Virus record (IMG/VR): IMGVR_UViG_3300032291_001333
Location: 1 to 56,529 of that record
Length of the DNA stretch: 56,529 bases
Origin: a virus
Lineage: Duplodnaviria > Caudoviricetes
Reading direction: 5' to 3' (one strand)
Both the position numbers and the translations under genes were made by a program. The notes below the pieces were generated by a model. The model had not been told where the DNA came from, made no database searches, and was given only the letters and a program-made list of their open reading frames with translations. Of this stretch, positions 55,401 through 56,529 are shown in pieces (the first letter of the stretch is position 1; each line of letters starts with the position of its first letter).

Positions 55401-55841
55401 TTATGCGAATGGACGCGCCCCATTTCGGTCAATGATCAATTTCGATCCTCTTGGCTTGAATTCCGGCGTATTCGGCACCGAGATGTGGGTCCATGAGTCG
55501 AACTCAAGGATGATCTGGTCGAAAGGCACTTCCGCCGCAATACAGGCTTCCACCACCTCGCGGGGCTTCATCCCCGGCACACGGATATCAGCAGCACAAC
55601 CAAGCCTGTGCTGACTGCTGTCCTTCGATCCTACGGCGTCATTGACTTTTTTAGACCGGAATCCGGAATTGATCATGACCGGCTTACCGCCTACCGCCGT
55701 TTTAACCTGCTGCAGAAGGGCCGCAAGACGCCTCAGGTTCGCTATCTCCTGCTCGTTAGGGGTGTTGTCCCATCCGTTACGATCCGCAGCCTCTGAGCGC
55801 GTCAGTTCCTCAAGGGAGAAGTTTGCGGTCAGTTGGGTCAT
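55401..55841 (-). CDS. Endolysin, peptidase M15A family
   Basis: LTANFSLEELT, INSGFRS..VN.AVG...SQH..G.AADI, FDQIILEF..W.HIS. Confidence 0.92.
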   Translation of the reverse strand: MTQLTANFSLEELTRSEAADRNGWDNTPNEQEIANLRRLAALLQQVKTAVGGKPVMINSGFRSKKVNDAVGSKDSSQHRLGCAADIRVPGMKPREVVEACIAAEVPFDQIILEFDSWTHISVPNTPEFKPRGSKLIIDRNGARPFA

Positions 55842-56239
55842 TCTTTGGCCTTCTTCATGCCCATGATCTTCTCAAGTGTGCGCCCGCCAAAGTAGAAACT
55901 CATAATGAGCATACCCCACTGCCCAAGAAGCTCGACATAGTTGTTGTTCACCTCAATATCCCACGCAGACATTAAGCCGAATACAGTATAAGTAATCAGG
56001 ATAAAAACCAGAGTCATGGGCCGAATATTCTTCGACAGCCAGCTATCGCTGCCCATGTCAGCCTTCAGACGCTCGGTAAGCTCATGCTGCTCGGTTACAT
56101 CTGCGTTCAGTTGAGCAAGCTCGCCGTTTTGCTGCATTTCCAGCAATTTCAACTTTGCCTGTTCAGCAGCCTGTGCATCAGGAAAGAACTTGTCGATAAG
56201 TTTGGCACCGACAGAAAGAAGTGCGGGGATTGGAATCAT
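55838..56239 (-). CDS. Holin (3TM, GTA-holin-like)
   Basis: DSWLSKNIRP, two TM helices, FYFGGRTLEK motif; adjacent to the endolysin. Confidence 0.85.
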   Translation of the reverse strand: MIPIPALLSVGAKLIDKFFPDAQAAEQAKLKLLEMQQNGELAQLNADVTEQHELTERLKADMGSDSWLSKNIRPMTLVFILITYTVFGLMSAWDIEVNNNYVELLGQWGMLIMSFYFGGRTLEKIMGMKKAKE

Positions 56240-56529
56240 TGCTCATCCTTTTTCATGGTTACGGTGTCGTGACCCTTGGATACGGTGACACGGCCTTCCT
56301 CGACGTCCACCTTCATTGGAGGCTCTTTCTGATCAAGGCGGTCGATCAAACCTTTGATGACTTCAAACTCCGGCTTCTCCTGCTTCGGGGTAGCGCCAGC
56401 GATGCCATTCATCATGGAAATCAAAGCAGTCAGGGAAGCGCCGAGCAAACCCATCACTGCGGCCATCTTTGATTCTTCCAACACGATAGAAGCGCCAACG
56501 CCGACGCAGACGATCAGCGTGATGTAAGC
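56236..56529 (-). CDS. 3' part of junction-spanning two-TM membrane protein (117 aa in total)
   Basis: Frame stays open through the terminal overlap to the ATG at 183; TGA overlaps the holin ATG. Confidence 0.85.
   Translation of the reverse strand, partial: AYITLIVCVGVGASIVLEESKMAAVMGLLGASLTALISMMNGIAGATPKQEKPEFEVIKGLIDRLDQKEPPMKVDVEEGRVTVSKGHDTVTMKKDEQ
56407..56529. repeat. Terminal direct repeat, copy 2
   Basis: Identical to 1-123. Confidence 0.97.

Noticed and set aside
1-56529. Alternative genetic code or stop-codon recoding
   Set aside because: Core genes (terL, portal, capsid, helicase) are full length in the standard code and coding density is high

Overview
The window is a complete, circularly closed dsDNA tailed-phage genome. 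Bases 1-123 are identical to 56407-56529, so the unique length is about 56,406 bp. The layout is podovirus-like. One long minus-strand late operon runs from 24946 down to 1, across the junction, and on from 56406 to 42737. It encodes TerS, TerL, two large internal 'cargo' proteins, portal, a GroES-like co-chaperonin, scaffold, major capsid, head/tail proteins, an HNH-NUMOD3 homing endonuclease, a collagen-like fibre, a GT2-TPR glycosyltransferase, an S74-chaperoned fibre, a lysis cassette, tail adaptor/nozzle and four putative ejection proteins. A second minus-strand block (39498->24988) holds a Cro-like HTH protein, a ParB-like protein, SF2 helicase, Toprim primase, a long structured non-coding region, nucleases, a TET-associated-type glycosyltransferase and many small early genes behind a family of near-consensus sigma70 promoters. 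A short plus-strand operon (39591-42735) carries an SSB-like protein and a PD-(D/E)XK exonuclease. I could not recognise a DNA polymerase, integrase, tRNA or CRISPR array. Best candidates for undescribed biology: (i) a recurring [YFM]-x-x-G-G-x-V motif that tags several virion-region proteins and separates the domains of a 1277-aa multi-enzyme polyprotein with ParB/Srx-like and HhH-glycosylase-like domains; (ii) a (GPT)n collagen fibre next to a GT2-TPR glycosyltransferase, suggesting virion glycosylation; (iii) a C4/CI-like antisense-attenuator RNA followed by about 390 nt of structured non-coding sequence; (iv) a 50-bp palindromic element present twice in inverted orientation 10.2 kb apart; (v) an orphan TAGT DNA-modification gene. 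All protein calls come from motif recognition by eye, not from database searches.
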